From Camelus ferus (Eukaryota): a stretch of DNA of 64,000 nucleotides. The number at the start of each line of letters is the position of its first letter. Within the stretch, counting starts at the first letter, position 1. This document shows positions 1 through 11,980 of this stretch, in pieces. The notes beneath the pieces were generated by a model. That model ran no database searches. It worked only from the letters and a program-made list of their open reading frames with translations, and was not told the origin of the DNA. A program made the position numbers and the translations under genes. The stretch spans positions 40,672,001 to 40,736,000 of the forward strand of contig NC_045696.1 of assembly GCF_009834535.1 (NCBI RefSeq), given 5' to 3'.

Positions 1-423
1 GTGTAAAGAAAAAAAGTCGAAATTACCAGTAACTGCAGCACCTAGAGATAACCACTGCTGGCATTTTCATATGTTTATTTTCACATGTATATTTTAATCT
101 CTTCCTTTCCCACTTCTTTAGTCCTCAAACACTCTTGAGAGAATGGTAATTTTTGAAATTACCCCGAAAATTTAGGAAAAAGGGTTGTGTAACTTAAGCA
201 AATTCTAGCCTTAATATTTCAGAATGTTCTCAATATTGTATACATTCATGCTTGTTTTATGTTAAACTGTTTTACCTTTCTGCAGCATGAGGAATATTTG
301 TTTTTTCATGTCTACGCCCAAGGAGTCCAAAGATGACCTGTATAGTCCCCTCATTTTTCTGGTAGGATAGATTATATTATGGACAACCCATGTGTGCAGA
401 GCCCTAGCTTAGTCTTAGGCCTT

Positions 424-798
424 TGTTATAGACTGAATTGTGTACTCTGCTACCCCAAATTCGTATATTGAACGCCTCCCTGCAATGAGGTGGTATTAGG
501 AGGTAGGGCTTTTGGGAGGTAATTAGGATTAGATGGGATCTTAAGGGCAGAGTCCTCATGAATGAAATTAGTGCCCTTATAAATAGAATCATGAGAGAAA
601 TTGTTTCCTCTCTTCACTCTTCACTGTGGGAGAATATGAAAAGTCAGCAATCTGCAACCTGGAAAAAGACGCCCACCAGGACTTGACCATGCCAACACCT
701 TGATCTTGGACTTTCAGCCTTCAGAACCTTGGGAAATTTCTGTTGTTTATAAGGCATTCAGTCCTTGGTATTCTGTTATAGCAGCCTGAAGTACGACA
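424..798 (+). mobile_element. MaLR solo LTR (MLT1A-like)
   Basis: Starts TGTTATAGACTGAATTG. Contains typical MLT1 blocks (gggaggtaattaggattagatg, ttagtgcccttataa, caccttgatcttggactttcagcc, aaatttctgttgtttataag). Ends ...gaca, with near-matching 5-bp flanks gcctt/gcatt. Confidence 0.85.
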
Positions 799-2138
799 GC
801 ATTCAAGGAAGGAGATCCTGAGTAATCTGGTTGTGGATATGAGACACAAGTATAAGATAATTCATACTTGCCCAAGGTAGTATGTAGGTACCAGGTGAAT
901 GGTAGGTCATGAGTGCCAACTATGGTAGACCAAGATCTCAAGCTGGAGCTTAAAGGGAGGAAAAGATAGAGAATAGAGAGGAAAGCTATTTAGGTGCATT
1001 TTAAATAGAAAAATGGTAGGGTACCAAGGATTATTACTGGCTAAGAGTGTGACATGACTCTGGTGGAGAACCAATTCTGACTCTCAGCTCTGGGATTTCT
1101 TCACAACACTGATAGCTGATGAACTGACATATCTCCAATTCATCATTCCCTAAATATTATTAAATTCTCTAGACCTCACATCTACTGTTTAAATTTTTAC
1201 GAGAAAATTTTTAGAAATTTTTATTCAATAACCTAGAAATATCTATTCTAAACAGAAGGAACTTAATATTAAAATAAATAAATTACATTTACTGAATGCC
1301 TACTAGCTGGTGATAACAGATAAAGAAGTTCATAATTTTGAGCTTAATAAAGATATCATCCTAACATTTTAGCCTCTAGGTGAGAAGTGCTTCTAGCACT
1401 TGCTGGCTTATGTGCTAGACATTAACAAGTGTGTCATAATATAATTTACACAGCTAATGTTGAATTTATAGGCAACTATAAACAAATATCTCATTGCTTT
1501 GGACATCAGTACAACCAGGTGGCAGGCTCAGACCATTGAAGAAATAAACAAGTGGTTTGTTTCCCAGTTTTAAGATAGCTCTGTGAGAAAAACCGATGAT
1601 TGGATGGCTCAGGTTAGCAATTTTAATGGAAAACTCTGGACCTGGAGTTAAAGTAACTCTGGTTCTGGCAGAGCCAGCATTTAGCTGTATAACCTTTGTG
1701 TATCATATAATTTCTTTGTTCCTCCAGTGGACCAGACAAGCTTCTTCTAGTTCTAATATTCTGCAACTCTCTGTTCCTCAAGTGTCCAGTCTTTCTACAG
1801 GAAACCAAACAGGCAGTGAGATGTTACTTTAAGGAAAGATGACGTGATCTCTAGCTCTGAGCTTCTTGTCTGGCTTTAAGCTTGTCAGTTTCAGATACTC
1901 ATTACATCATCAGGGAAAAAGGCCAATAAAAGCCCAGACCTCTCAGGCTGTAGAATCTGCTTATAAATTGGAGTGGACAGAGTAGCAGCAGTTTTTCCAA
2001 ACTCTGAAACATTACATGTTCTTGGGTATTACTAAAATGCATTTTGTGCTCTGCATCCTGTTAAAGTTTTCTTGATACATCCCTGTAAAAGTCTGCTGGC
2101 CTCCTGCAAGTAGGGAACATGCCGTTGGTTATCTGTTA

Positions 2139-2340
2139 CCAGTTAGCTCAGTTGGTTAAAATTCATGCTGTGGAATCAGGCCCCATATGAGACAGTTGGA
2201 TTCATGCAGAGCAGCCTGCACTTGCCCAACTGGTTAGGAAATGCATGTATTTGATCACGGAAGGCAGAGGTATGAGGATGGCTGGCTCAGCATAACCTAT
2301 CCCTCCTACTGGAAAAATCACTGAGAGCCAAGTGCTTCTG
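2139..2340 (+). mobile_element. Ancient tRNA-derived SINE (MamSINE1-like)
   Basis: tRNA-like head ccagttagctcagttggttaaa, followed by a body (aaatgcatgtatttgatcacggaagg...ggctcagcataacctatccctcctactggaaaaatcact) resembling the MamSINE1 consensus as I recall it. Confidence 0.6.
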
Positions 2341-2589
2341 ACAGGACTTACCAACCTCATCCTTGTTTAGAATTACAAGCTGTGAGCACGGTGCCAGCCA
2401 ACTTACGTATTCCTTGAATATCCTGATGACCATTCACCCAGCTGATCATCTGAATCTTTCTACATCGTGAGAGACTCTGATGAAAATAGCTTGTTGTTGG
2501 AGACTGACTCCCTGCAGGGTGCTGTGCTAAGTAGTCTGCTTGCACTCTCACTCACACCTCAAAGTAATCCCGTGCAATTGTACTATTTT

Positions 2590-2715
2590 TATTCCCCTTT
2601 TGTAGCTGAGAAAACTGTGGCTGGAAGAAGTTATCCGATTTTCCTAGTGCCCCAAATCCACTGACTGGCAGAGCTAGGACTCCAGTCTAAGTTTTGTCTG
2701 ACCCCAGAACCCACC
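2590..2715 (-). mobile_element. MIR SINE fragment
   Basis: MIR core in reverse: ccccttttgtagctgagaaaactgtggct...ggcagagctaggactccag. Confidence 0.6.
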
Positions 2716-3934
2716 ACACTCTCCTGTCTCTCTCAGAATACTGCACAGGACACTGAACAGTTTGAGATTTTAGAAACTGTGATAAGCCCCTACCTATAGA
2801 ATGAAACTTTCCACAATTAGACGCTTATAAGTGTGTTTTAAGTTATAATTTGTTGAAATGAAAAATGAGGTCACCTCTGCAGGCAAACAGAGAAGACTTG
2901 ACAGTCAAGTGAGACAGATGCCTGTTCTTGGATGCTTCTGCAGATTTCCCATTAGTGACCTCCTTTCTGTCCCAGCAGCTTGAGATACTCAGATCCCAAA
3001 TTGAAATCTTTGCTCAGCTTTTAGTTTGCTCAGACTTCTAGTTCAAACACAAACTCTCATAACGGACAAGTTGGAAATTCTCTCCACTTCTTTTCTTCAC
3101 TGAATTCCCCAACACCTCAGCACCAACTCAATTTGCTTTTTACCCTCAAACCCAGAGACATCAACGGAACAGTAAGAACAGTTTTTCCCTACTGTTCCCT
3201 TAGCAATAAAGCTACAGAGGCTTTTCAGCAGAAGGGTGAAGCTGTAAAACCCCCAGGATTAGAATATCGCATTAAGGCCTGACTTCTCTGGAGCCGCAGT
3301 CTCACCTGAGACATTTAACTTAAAGTTCAATCACTGAGAGTTATGTTTAGTATTCTGGAACCCCACTCTTCCTGACCTTCTGGACTTCACTCTCATTTGC
3401 GTGGAAAGGGGCAGCTAGGATGGCACCCAGAGGGCATTTGGTACAAGTTCGGGAAAAGGTCTTTGGTAACATGTATCTCTTACAGCGTATTTCTTTTGAG
3501 ATTTTGAACATAGAGATGAAATGAAGTCAGCCTTTAGGGTAATTTCTCTTTTACCTAGTCAGCAGGACAGAGTAAGGCTTAAAGTTTTGTGGTTTTTCTT
3601 TTAAAAAGGACAGACTGAGTCACTTCACTATTGACACAGTAAAGCATACTCAGAGTCAAAGAGCCTCATTAGATAATCCAAGTTGCTTCTCTTGTCCAAC
3701 TTCTAGGAAGTTATCATTTTAAAAATGAAGCACCTCTTTTAATTTTCTAAAAAAGCTTTATAAATCCCTGCCATTTGAAGCTATAAAGGAACAAAATCTT
3801 CCTTTTCACATCCTTTTGGGGGCACTGGAAAACACTTCTTACCCTTGGCCTCCTTTAACCCTCATCTCCCTGATCTGTCACTTGTATCTGCTTCTTTGCT
3901 TCTGGCCTTCCTGTCTTCCATTCAGGAGGTATTT

Positions 3935-4770
3935 TTTTCAGCACCTGTTATGTAAATAGTAGTGTGTGAGGTACTGAGAAAGTGAGGAGATGAAGACAAA
4001 GAATGTGTTCTCCAAAGACAAACATAGGGTGGAGTTCAGAGGTTGCAAGTTTAAGCGGCTGTGGGAGACAGGAAGGCCTGTGAGAGCAGGAAGGGGCCAG
4101 GCGCAGGGCGGAGGAGTGACTGGGACTCTGCAGAAGTGGAAAGGACACGTCATCCTGAAAGGATCATCAGAACACAGCTCCAGCTGATTGGAACCATCCT
4201 AGAATGCTGGCCCAGCTTTGTCAGAGCTTCCAGTTTGTTGAGAGAAGTCAGATTTTTACTATAAACCATCTCCTGATTTTTTTTAATGCTGGCAACTAAT
4301 TCAAATTCTTCAAAAACATTGTGTGGGCCAAACGAAACATGTATGTGGGCTGAATTCAACCCATGAGCCTCCAGTTTGGGGAGCTCTGGTCTGGTTTGTG
4401 AGGTAAAGTACACACGTATGAAATCATTAAAGTGTGGCCCATGTGACGAAAAGCCCTAATGAGTGACACAGACAGTTCCTTTTGTAGGAGTTCAGAGGAA
4501 GGGGGAGGAGGACTGGGGAGATGGGAGTAAGGTGGGCCCCAGGTGCTGTGGCCTCAGCTGTGCCAAGCATGTTGAGGGGATGTGAGGAAACTGGAGGGTG
4601 TGCGTCAGGAATGTGGGAGACCCCTGGGGCCATGTGGCGGAAGGCCTCCAATGTCAGGCAGAAGAGATTGGGCTTTATTTTCTATGTCATGGGGAGCCAC
4701 GGAGGATTTGTTGATCTGCTATTTCAGAAAACGAAAGATGTCGGTGGGTAAGGTGGCATGCAGGGAGAAA
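3935..4770 (-). mobile_element. L2 LINE fragment interrupted by MER102
   Basis: Reverse L2 3' pattern (cagcacctgttatgt...gtactgag). After the MITE it resumes as purine-rich L2-like sequence (ggctttattttctatgtcatggggagccacggagg). Confidence 0.5.
4037..4388 (-). mobile_element. hAT-Charlie MITE (MER102-like)
   Basis: Imperfect TIRs cagaggttgcaa / ttggggagctctg. Diagnostic internal block tgctggcaactaattcaaattcttcaaaaacattgtgtgggccaaacgaaacatg. Confidence 0.75.
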
Positions 4771-5684
4771 TCATCAGCAGGCTCTTGCTGTAGTGCTTTG
4801 CCATTTCCCACTCCACTTCCACTTCTCCCCGTCTGCAGCGTCTCCACCTCCCAAAACCTTCCACCTCATGCACTTCTGAGAGAAGAAGCCTCCTTCCAGC
4901 AAGGTACCTTTAAAGTATGCCAGTGCCCTAACCCAGAACAGGAAAGTGAAATCAGGCCAAATTAGCATGGCACTCCCACCAAGGAATAAAAAGAAAAAGA
5001 AACCCTAGCCACCACCTCTCACTGAGAAAAAAACCAGGGTTTGAAAAGGAAAAAGGGCATCTCTTTGAGCCATACAGATCTGTCTGATAAGCACGGCCTA
5101 CATGACTCTAAAATGGTCATGAGAGGGTATGGACCCACATTCTCATTAGGGGCCGAGTTGATCAGGGATAGCTCAACAGCAGCCACAGTGGGAAACTGTG
5201 CACTCTGCCTTAATATTTATTAGCGAAAGTTTCTTACTTAATAGAGTAATAGATAGAAAGGAGAAAGGTGCTGTTATAAAAGGAGGGGAGGGACACACAT
5301 TTTTAGATATTAAAATATTAAGCAATCCTCCAGATAAACCTAAAGTAGCAAAAATGCATCGTCCCTAGGTACACAGTGAGTGTATTTGTGAGATGGCGGC
5401 CTCTCCTTATAGCTCACTGGAAGCTCCCCCAGCCCTACCTCGGGCAGTCAGAGTCGGTTAGTTGGAGGTAGGGCCAAGCGTGTGAGCTTCTGAATATCTT
5501 CATAGCTGGTTCAGGACCCTACACAGTCTTGCTTAGAGATTGGAATCTAAATGTTTGGCTGATGTAGTCAGTTCTTAGTTACTCCAGACCTGATTTTGCA
5601 CGGTGTTAATTTTCTGGGGCCCTTATTTTACTTACTCCTCCTCTTTCCACCCACATTTTCACCATTTTATTTTACAACATCAGT

Positions 5685-5922
5685 AACAACAGCTAGTGTT
5701 TCTTGGGCGTTTATTATGTGACAGGCAATATTCTAAATGCTTTGGACATATTAATTTATTATATCCTCAGCAACAATGGAGTACGTGCCATCATCCTTTC
5801 ATTCTGAGGTAAGCAAACTGAAGCACAGAGAGACGGAGAGGTTGTTACATTTACCCAAGGTCTCAGAATCAGGAAGTATCAGCAGCAGTATTAGGACCCA
5901 AGACGACTGACTCTGGAGCCTT
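5685..5922 (-). mobile_element. MIR SINE
   Basis: Near full-length reverse MIR: aacagctagtgtttcttgggcgtttattatgtgacaggc...aaactgaagcacagagag...cccaaggtc...gactctggagcc. Confidence 0.75.
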
Positions 5923-5940
5923 CAGGGAGCGGAGGTTGTA

Positions 5941-5983
5941 TTATTGTGCTAAAATATATATAACAAAACCTATCATTTTAACC
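5941..5983 (-). mobile_element. L1 (L1M-type) 3' end, left part of a split element
   Basis: ttattgtgctaaaatatatataacaaaacctatcattttaacc is the extreme 3' end of an old L1 in reverse. The consensus continues at 8036. Confidence 0.7.
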
Positions 5984-8035
5984 TTTTTTTCTCCTTCCAA
6001 ATTATAATTCCAAGGGGGATGGAGGACTGGTAGGAAACAAAGGCGGGGTGTATTTTTTTAAGTTAATACAAAAAATAAAAAATTAATACACTGACATTTT
6101 GAAAAATTGGCAGAATGATGAAACTACCCTAGATGTTTTCTCATCCAAATCTAATAAACACTTGTAATTAGAAATACACAGTTAGACTGGAGCCCATGTT
6201 GTTTTAAAATTTCCCAAACGAAGAAGAGCATCATCACCCTTGTGGTGGTTTTTATCTTTTAACAACCAAAAATCTATCCCACCAAGATTTTCTTCCTTGA
6301 GCTTATTTTTTAATCATAGACATTGACTACACCCACTGTTAATTCCACTATCAGTACATAAAATGCTGCCCTAAATATTGAGCAATCTCTGTCTTAAACA
6401 ATCTCAAAAATACGGTTGCATCCCAAATCCTGCTGGTAGACTGCTGAACTAAATACAGTACTGAAATTTTTATACAGCCATTAAATTTTAAAAAGTATTT
6501 TTGCTCAATTATTCATGAGTCTTTTTTAGACTATGAAATCAGTCACCCATTCCCACCACTTCCCTCTGAAATCCCAATAAATGCAACAAAGTTAATGACT
6601 ATATGGCAGGATAATCAAACTTTTTAATCTCCCTTTACACATTATATTAACATTCGTATTGCAAGGCATTCCATTCACAAATATTACAGTCTGATAAAAA
6701 AAAAACTTCACACACATACCCCTCAAAAGTCTATACCAGATTCGGTCACTTTACTAAATCATTAAAATAGTAACAGTAATGAAAACATCATCATAATTCC
6801 TTTAAAGCAATAAAGATCTGAGGCACTCTGGGAAAGGTGTTCTCATACAAGTGTAACATGTCAGTGGTATCAAATTATCTTACAGTAAAGTTACCAGATA
6901 CCCAGTAATCAAGAACACTCTAATGACAATGATTTTGATCTGATATGTATCTGGATACACTCCTATTTGGGCTGAACTGCTGAAAAGAACACAGACATTG
7001 GGCAGCAGAGGTCATTTTCAGTGAGGCTTCCAACTATGCAAAGGTGAAGTGTGTTTTCATCACACCGAGGACAGCTTCATCCCTACTATAAGGGAGCAGT
7101 CTAGTCTCCAAAGAAGTTCCTTGCTCATCACTATCAGGTTTACTAAGTGTCAGAGTTTCCAGCCCACCTGACTCACTCTGCTCATTGCTGGCTAGATTTT
7201 GATCTGTCTTTCCTCAACAAATTCCATGGTGCAATCTGCACCCTTCTTTGAGTATCTCCAAGGTATGCCCTTGAAATAAGACAGAGACTGGTAGGAAGCA
7301 TTTTTTCCTCCCATTATGACCAATGGAGATCTGAAACAGCAATGTATTACAAAAATCTCATGCTCTGCAACAGCTAGCTACCACTTGGGGCATGGCTATT
7401 TTTGCCATAAACTAGATTTTTAAAAACCTGATAACCTTTTTCCAAAGTGAAGTTTGCCGCATTGATTCACTGACACAGAGTCCACATTGGAGAGAAAGTC
7501 TCACTGACCGAGTACTTCCTTACACACAACTACAAGGGTAGACAATTAGCAGGAGGAACGGGGAGGCCAGTTCCCAGCTGAGAATTAAATCACTGCAAAC
7601 TCTGGGTCCATTTATGACAGCATGTAACCCTGTCAGAGCAGAATCAACACAAATCCCAGGTCACATAGTGTATAGTGTTCAGTAATTACATATACAGAAT
7701 TTAAAATGTATACATATATATTTCCATACATAAGTAATTTTAAAAACCTGGAGCAACATATGTTGCTAAAGGATTCTCATCTCCAACATTCACCTGGAAA
7801 GCAGCTGGCTCTTGATGGCCGCATGATAGCAGTGATAAAAGCAACTAGATAGAAGCAGATTTAAGTAAAAGTGCTCAAAGGGCAAATGAGAAAACCGAGT
7901 GCAGAGATTTTTTTGTGGGGAGAGGGGAACATTGAAAGGAGTTGAGAAATATTTCCTTTATTCTTCTCAGCTTTTTCAGACCCAAGACAACTTCTTGAGG
8001 ACACACATCAAATGCTGTAGTCCTTCCTTATCTAT
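5984..8035 (-). pseudogene. Retro-inserted, 5'-truncated mRNA 3'UTR-like segment (parent gene not identified)
   Basis: ~2.05 kb with no recognisable repeat or ORF, interrupting an L1 fragment. Flanked by the direct repeat tcattttaacc (5973-5983 and 8036-8046). T7 at the left end (A-run on minus) and TTTTT/AA at 8048-8054. Confidence 0.6.
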
Positions 8036-8142
8036 TCATTTTAACCATTTTTAACTGCAATTCAGTGGCATTAAGTACATTCACACTGTTGTGCAACCAA
8101 CACCACTATCCGTCTCCAGAACTTTTTCATCTTCCCAAATTG
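8036..8142 (-). mobile_element. L1 (L1M-type) 3' end, right part of the split element
   Basis: cattttaaccatttttaactgcaattcagtggcattaagtacattcacactgttgtgcaaccaacaccactatccgtctccagaactttttcatcttccc is a standard reverse L1 3' UTR, contiguous in consensus with 5941-5983. Confidence 0.85.
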
Positions 8143-10213
8143 AGAGCCTTCACTTTTAACCACCACTCTGTATTCCCTCCTTGGTAGTACTGAGAGATCT
8201 GGAAGTGTCTACTACCTGTGGTAATCCTGTCTTCTTTAACGTAGGACGTTTTCAGCCTTACTGTCCATTACTCCCCACTTGTCCTCTGTGCCGCTGCATG
8301 CGTTGCAGTCAGCCCCTCACAGTCACACCAGCTTCTCCAAGCTTCAAGATGCTCCTCTCTCCTCCTAGACATTTGTGTCATTGGCACCTGCATGGGCAGT
8401 GACAGCTGTATCATCTCTTCTGCCTCTCTTAGCAGTGACTGTAAGCTGCATCCTAATCTCAAAAAATTCTTAAACTATAAAAGAAGCTTAAAAGCCGTGT
8501 ATCTTAGGCTTGAGGAAATCCAGTCTTCTCCCAGGCCAGGATGCCACTGTGGTGTAGCTTTGTCCTGGTTCCTCAGCATTCATCCTACCACCACTCTGAT
8601 CCAAGCCTCATCCCCTCCAGCCTAGATGACTGTCACAGCTGGTCTCCCTGTTCTCAGTTGCTTGGACAGTTTGGACATCATGAAACCTGGTTCTAGTCCT
8701 GTAACCTTCAGCAGCTCACTTCATCTCTCTGAGCCAGTAGACTTTTTGTTCAACAGAAGAGGAGCATAGAAACAGATGTTTCCTTTTGCATGAGACTAAA
8801 ATCCTAGGAGTTCTCAGGCATCCTCTAGAGTAGAATTTAGAGAGCACTGCTGCCAAAGTCAGAAGAATTTCAACCTAGATTAAATGTTTCAATCCAGAAT
8901 AAATGTCATTATTTTACCACTTGGCACCCTGTTTTCTTTACTGCTGAAATACCAGTCCCCTCACCTGCCACGTGTTAGCCATCTAAAACCTTTTTACCCC
9001 AAAATTCCACTTCTGTTCTGCTTATTCCCAAATAACCCTTGGTATTCTTCTTTTTCCCTTTCGCCCCAATTTTTTTAAAAAAAATTTAACAGAAAATTTT
9101 AAAATTGGCTGCATCGTTAACAATTTCAGCCAACCATTAAGAATCCGAATGGCTTATTACTGAATATCTGAATAGCTGTATTATTACCATGATTTTAATT
9201 ATCATTACTGTATTATTATATTATCTGAATAGCTTATTACTATAATTTAAAGAATGATGGCCTTAGTTTTCTCTGGGTGAATTAATTTATATAAATTTAT
9301 AAATACATATCATATGTATACGAGTTTTTAAGGAACTTTATAAACCAAATTTAAAAACTCGAGCTTCTACCCCACCCTGAACAATTAGCAACAGTTGTGC
9401 AGAGATGAATACTTTCTTGTCCAGAGTTTGACAGTCTTTTAGGTCTTAGTTTAAGACTTTTTTACTTTGGAGGCTTGATTTTTCATTTAAAAAAAAACTT
9501 GATGAGCTACTTTTTGTTTATTTTGTTTGTTTGTTTGTTTTGGTTTCGCATTTACAGGGTCATAAGAAAAGAAGTCAATCTATGTAAAACCTCATCAAAA
9601 CTCCGGACTTCAGGGCACAGTGGAAAACTAATTTTTAAAAGCATCTCATTTCTTGTCTGTGAAGAGGGATCAGTTAAAGAGATAAACTGATTTGTTCTCT
9701 TATTTGAAGTATGGAGATGAAACCTAATCAAATGTTAAAATCTCTCCACATTTCCCCCTGAGATCATCACAGACTAATACTGTTGAGCATAACCATGGCC
9801 AGTACTGAATGCTCACACCAAAGGCTGGAAAAGGTGCTTCTAGTCCTCCTCTCAAACCTCAAATTTCTGGATCTTCTAGAAGCAGGTGGAAGAGCCTTTT
9901 TTGTTTGGGTTTTGTTTCATTCTCATTTCAGAGATCCCAGAAGAATGGAGATTTTGAAAATGAGTTTTAGTCTGCTTTAAACCTTCAAGGGCTCTGTTTT
10001 CTTTCGGAGTTAGAGAAATTTTCTTCTGAGAATGTATTTGGGATGTAGTAGATGGGGAAGACGGAGGATGTATCAAAGTAAACATTAGATGAGCTTCTGC
10101 TTTGCAATTTAACTTACTAAGTAGATAAAACCTCAGAGTATTTCCTGTATATCTTAAAGGACAAATTTGTCACCAGCTCCCCAGGCCCACTGCCTCTCTC
10201 TTTTCAACTACCT

Positions 10214-10241
10214 ACACACACACACACACACTTTTTTTTTT
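10214..10241. repeat. (AC)9 microsatellite followed by a T10 run
   Basis: Direct reading. Confidence 0.95.
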
Positions 10242-11049
10242 CTTAACATTAAAGCCAATCATCAGATGTGGGACTGGTGTGTGTGTTTGCCAGCACCATG
10301 CTGGGTTAAGTGTGTTGTAACTTACTGACTTAATTTATGGCATAAGCCAGTTTTCATTCTTTATGTTTTGACATATGCAACCCAATATTAAATGCAGAGA
10401 ACTTAGTTAAAGACTCCTTGGCTCTCTGGGGGATAGAAGACCCTGGATTGGAGGAAAGGAGACTCTGGCAGAGGGCTTGGAAAATGCTTGCAGTCCTAAT
10501 GGAACTTTTGATTTCCACTTGCTGGTTTTCCTTAGCCTCATATTCATTGAGGACATGTTGGCAAATCATACTCATACATAAGAATGCTTTTAATAAGTTC
10601 CGTATTGCCATCTAACACATAAGACTGGTTTTGCCAAACAACTAATTTTTTAAGAAATTCAGCAATTAGATTTCCATGCAGTAAATAGATTGGTAGAGGG
10701 CAGATATGAATAAAAAGAAACCTACGTAACCAAACAAGCATGTATTCCTGTTGCTGTCCATAAATGCAATATATATATATATCACCCTACCAACATATGT
10801 CTCTCACACACATACACATACACACACACAACTGTGTTCGCACAGCAAAATACTGTGCTAGGCATTATGTTCAATATAAGGAGAAATAAGACGCAGTTCT
10901 TTTAAGAGAAAGTCTGATACAGTTGAAAACCATGAGCCCAAATGACATAAAAAGGAATATGGAAAGTGATGTAATTGAGATATATATTAAGAAATCTACT
11001 TGGTGTGATGTTTAGATGTTTAGTGGCAACTGGAAGTGGATCACTGCCC

Positions 11050-11228
11050 CAGTGCTGCTTAACGTGTAGTCTGAGAACTGGCTGCATCGGCATCAAAAAT
11101 ACAGATTCTCAGGCCTACTCCAGACCTACTGATTCCAAATCTCTGGGGGTGTGGCCCAGTAATCTGTGTTTTAAGAAGCTTTTATGTTTTAATAAGAATC
11201 TCCAGGTAATTTTGATTGAGAACCATTG
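11050..11228 (+). mobile_element. MER5A-like hAT MITE
   Basis: cagtgctgcttaacgtgtagtc...ccagacctactgattccaaatctctgggggtgtggcccagtaatctgtgttttaa...ttgagaaccattg. Confidence 0.8.
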
Positions 11229-11271
11229 TTCTAAACTTTAGTTCCCAGGTCACTCTTAATTCTCCTGGTGG

Positions 11272-11410
11272 TTATCATCATCCAAGTCACAGGTGAAGAA
11301 ATGGAGTGTCAGAGAGATTAAGTCATTTTGCTTAATACTGCCAACATTATGGCGATCTAGATTCAATCCCAGGTCTCTTGAACTATATCAGCCTATACTC
11401 TTTCTTCTAC
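11272..11410 (-). mobile_element. MIR fragment
   Basis: Reverse MIR core: acaggtgaagaaatggagtgtcagagagattaagtcattttgc...gattcaatcccaggtct. Confidence 0.55.
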
Positions 11411-11800
11411 CCTCTGCTGTCTTATCCTAGAAATTGTCAACCATGAAAATCATTCTCCTAAAGATTTCTTTCTTAGTTTTCCATTTGTCATGTTACTCTT
11501 TCTGCCTACCTAAAAAGGTACTCTAATAATTTACCACTGCCATAGTGCCCCATAGCTGTCGCCATTGTGAGGCTGAGTTGCAGGTGACACTTTTGGTTTG
11601 TTTTCCTTGCCATGTAATCATAAGATGGCCAGCTGATACACCAACAACTAACAGTCCACCAGCATGTCAGTACATTTTAGATTTGGGCTGGAGAAGAAAA
11701 CTTTTCTTTTTCTTTTGTTTTTTAAGATGTATTTGATTTAATCAATAAAAATTTATTTTCCCACTACCATTTGACTAATAGTGGACTCTGCATTATAAGG

Positions 11801-11980
11801 CAGACATCTCTCAAAATGTGGTCCCTGGTCCAGCTGGATCACCTGGGAACTTGTTCGATATACCAATTTATTGGGTCCCACCTGGACCTTCTGAGTCAGA
11901 AACTGGAGGTGGGGCCCAGTGGCTTGTTTTTTAAAGTCTTCTAGATGATTCTGACACACACTAAAGCTCGAGACCCACTA
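11801..11980 (+). mobile_element. MER5A hAT MITE
   Basis: tctcaaaatgtggtccctggtccagc...atcacctgggaacttgtt...gagtcagaaactggaggtggggcccag...gatgattctgacacacactaaag. Confidence 0.85.

Noticed and set aside
286-361. Plus-strand AG...GT pair enclosing 76 nt (MRNICFFMSTPKESKDDLYSPLIFL)
   Set aside because: Weak donor (ctg|gtagga), peptide not recognised, no supporting partner exon.
1512-1524. Second CTCF-like motif CAACCAGGTGGCA
   Set aside because: Mismatch at a core position and poor 3' flank; too weak to call.
2407-2511. Possible shared downstream exon for the phase-2 ATG exons
   Set aside because: Acceptor lacks a pyrimidine tract, and the phase-2 frame hits TAG inside the exon.
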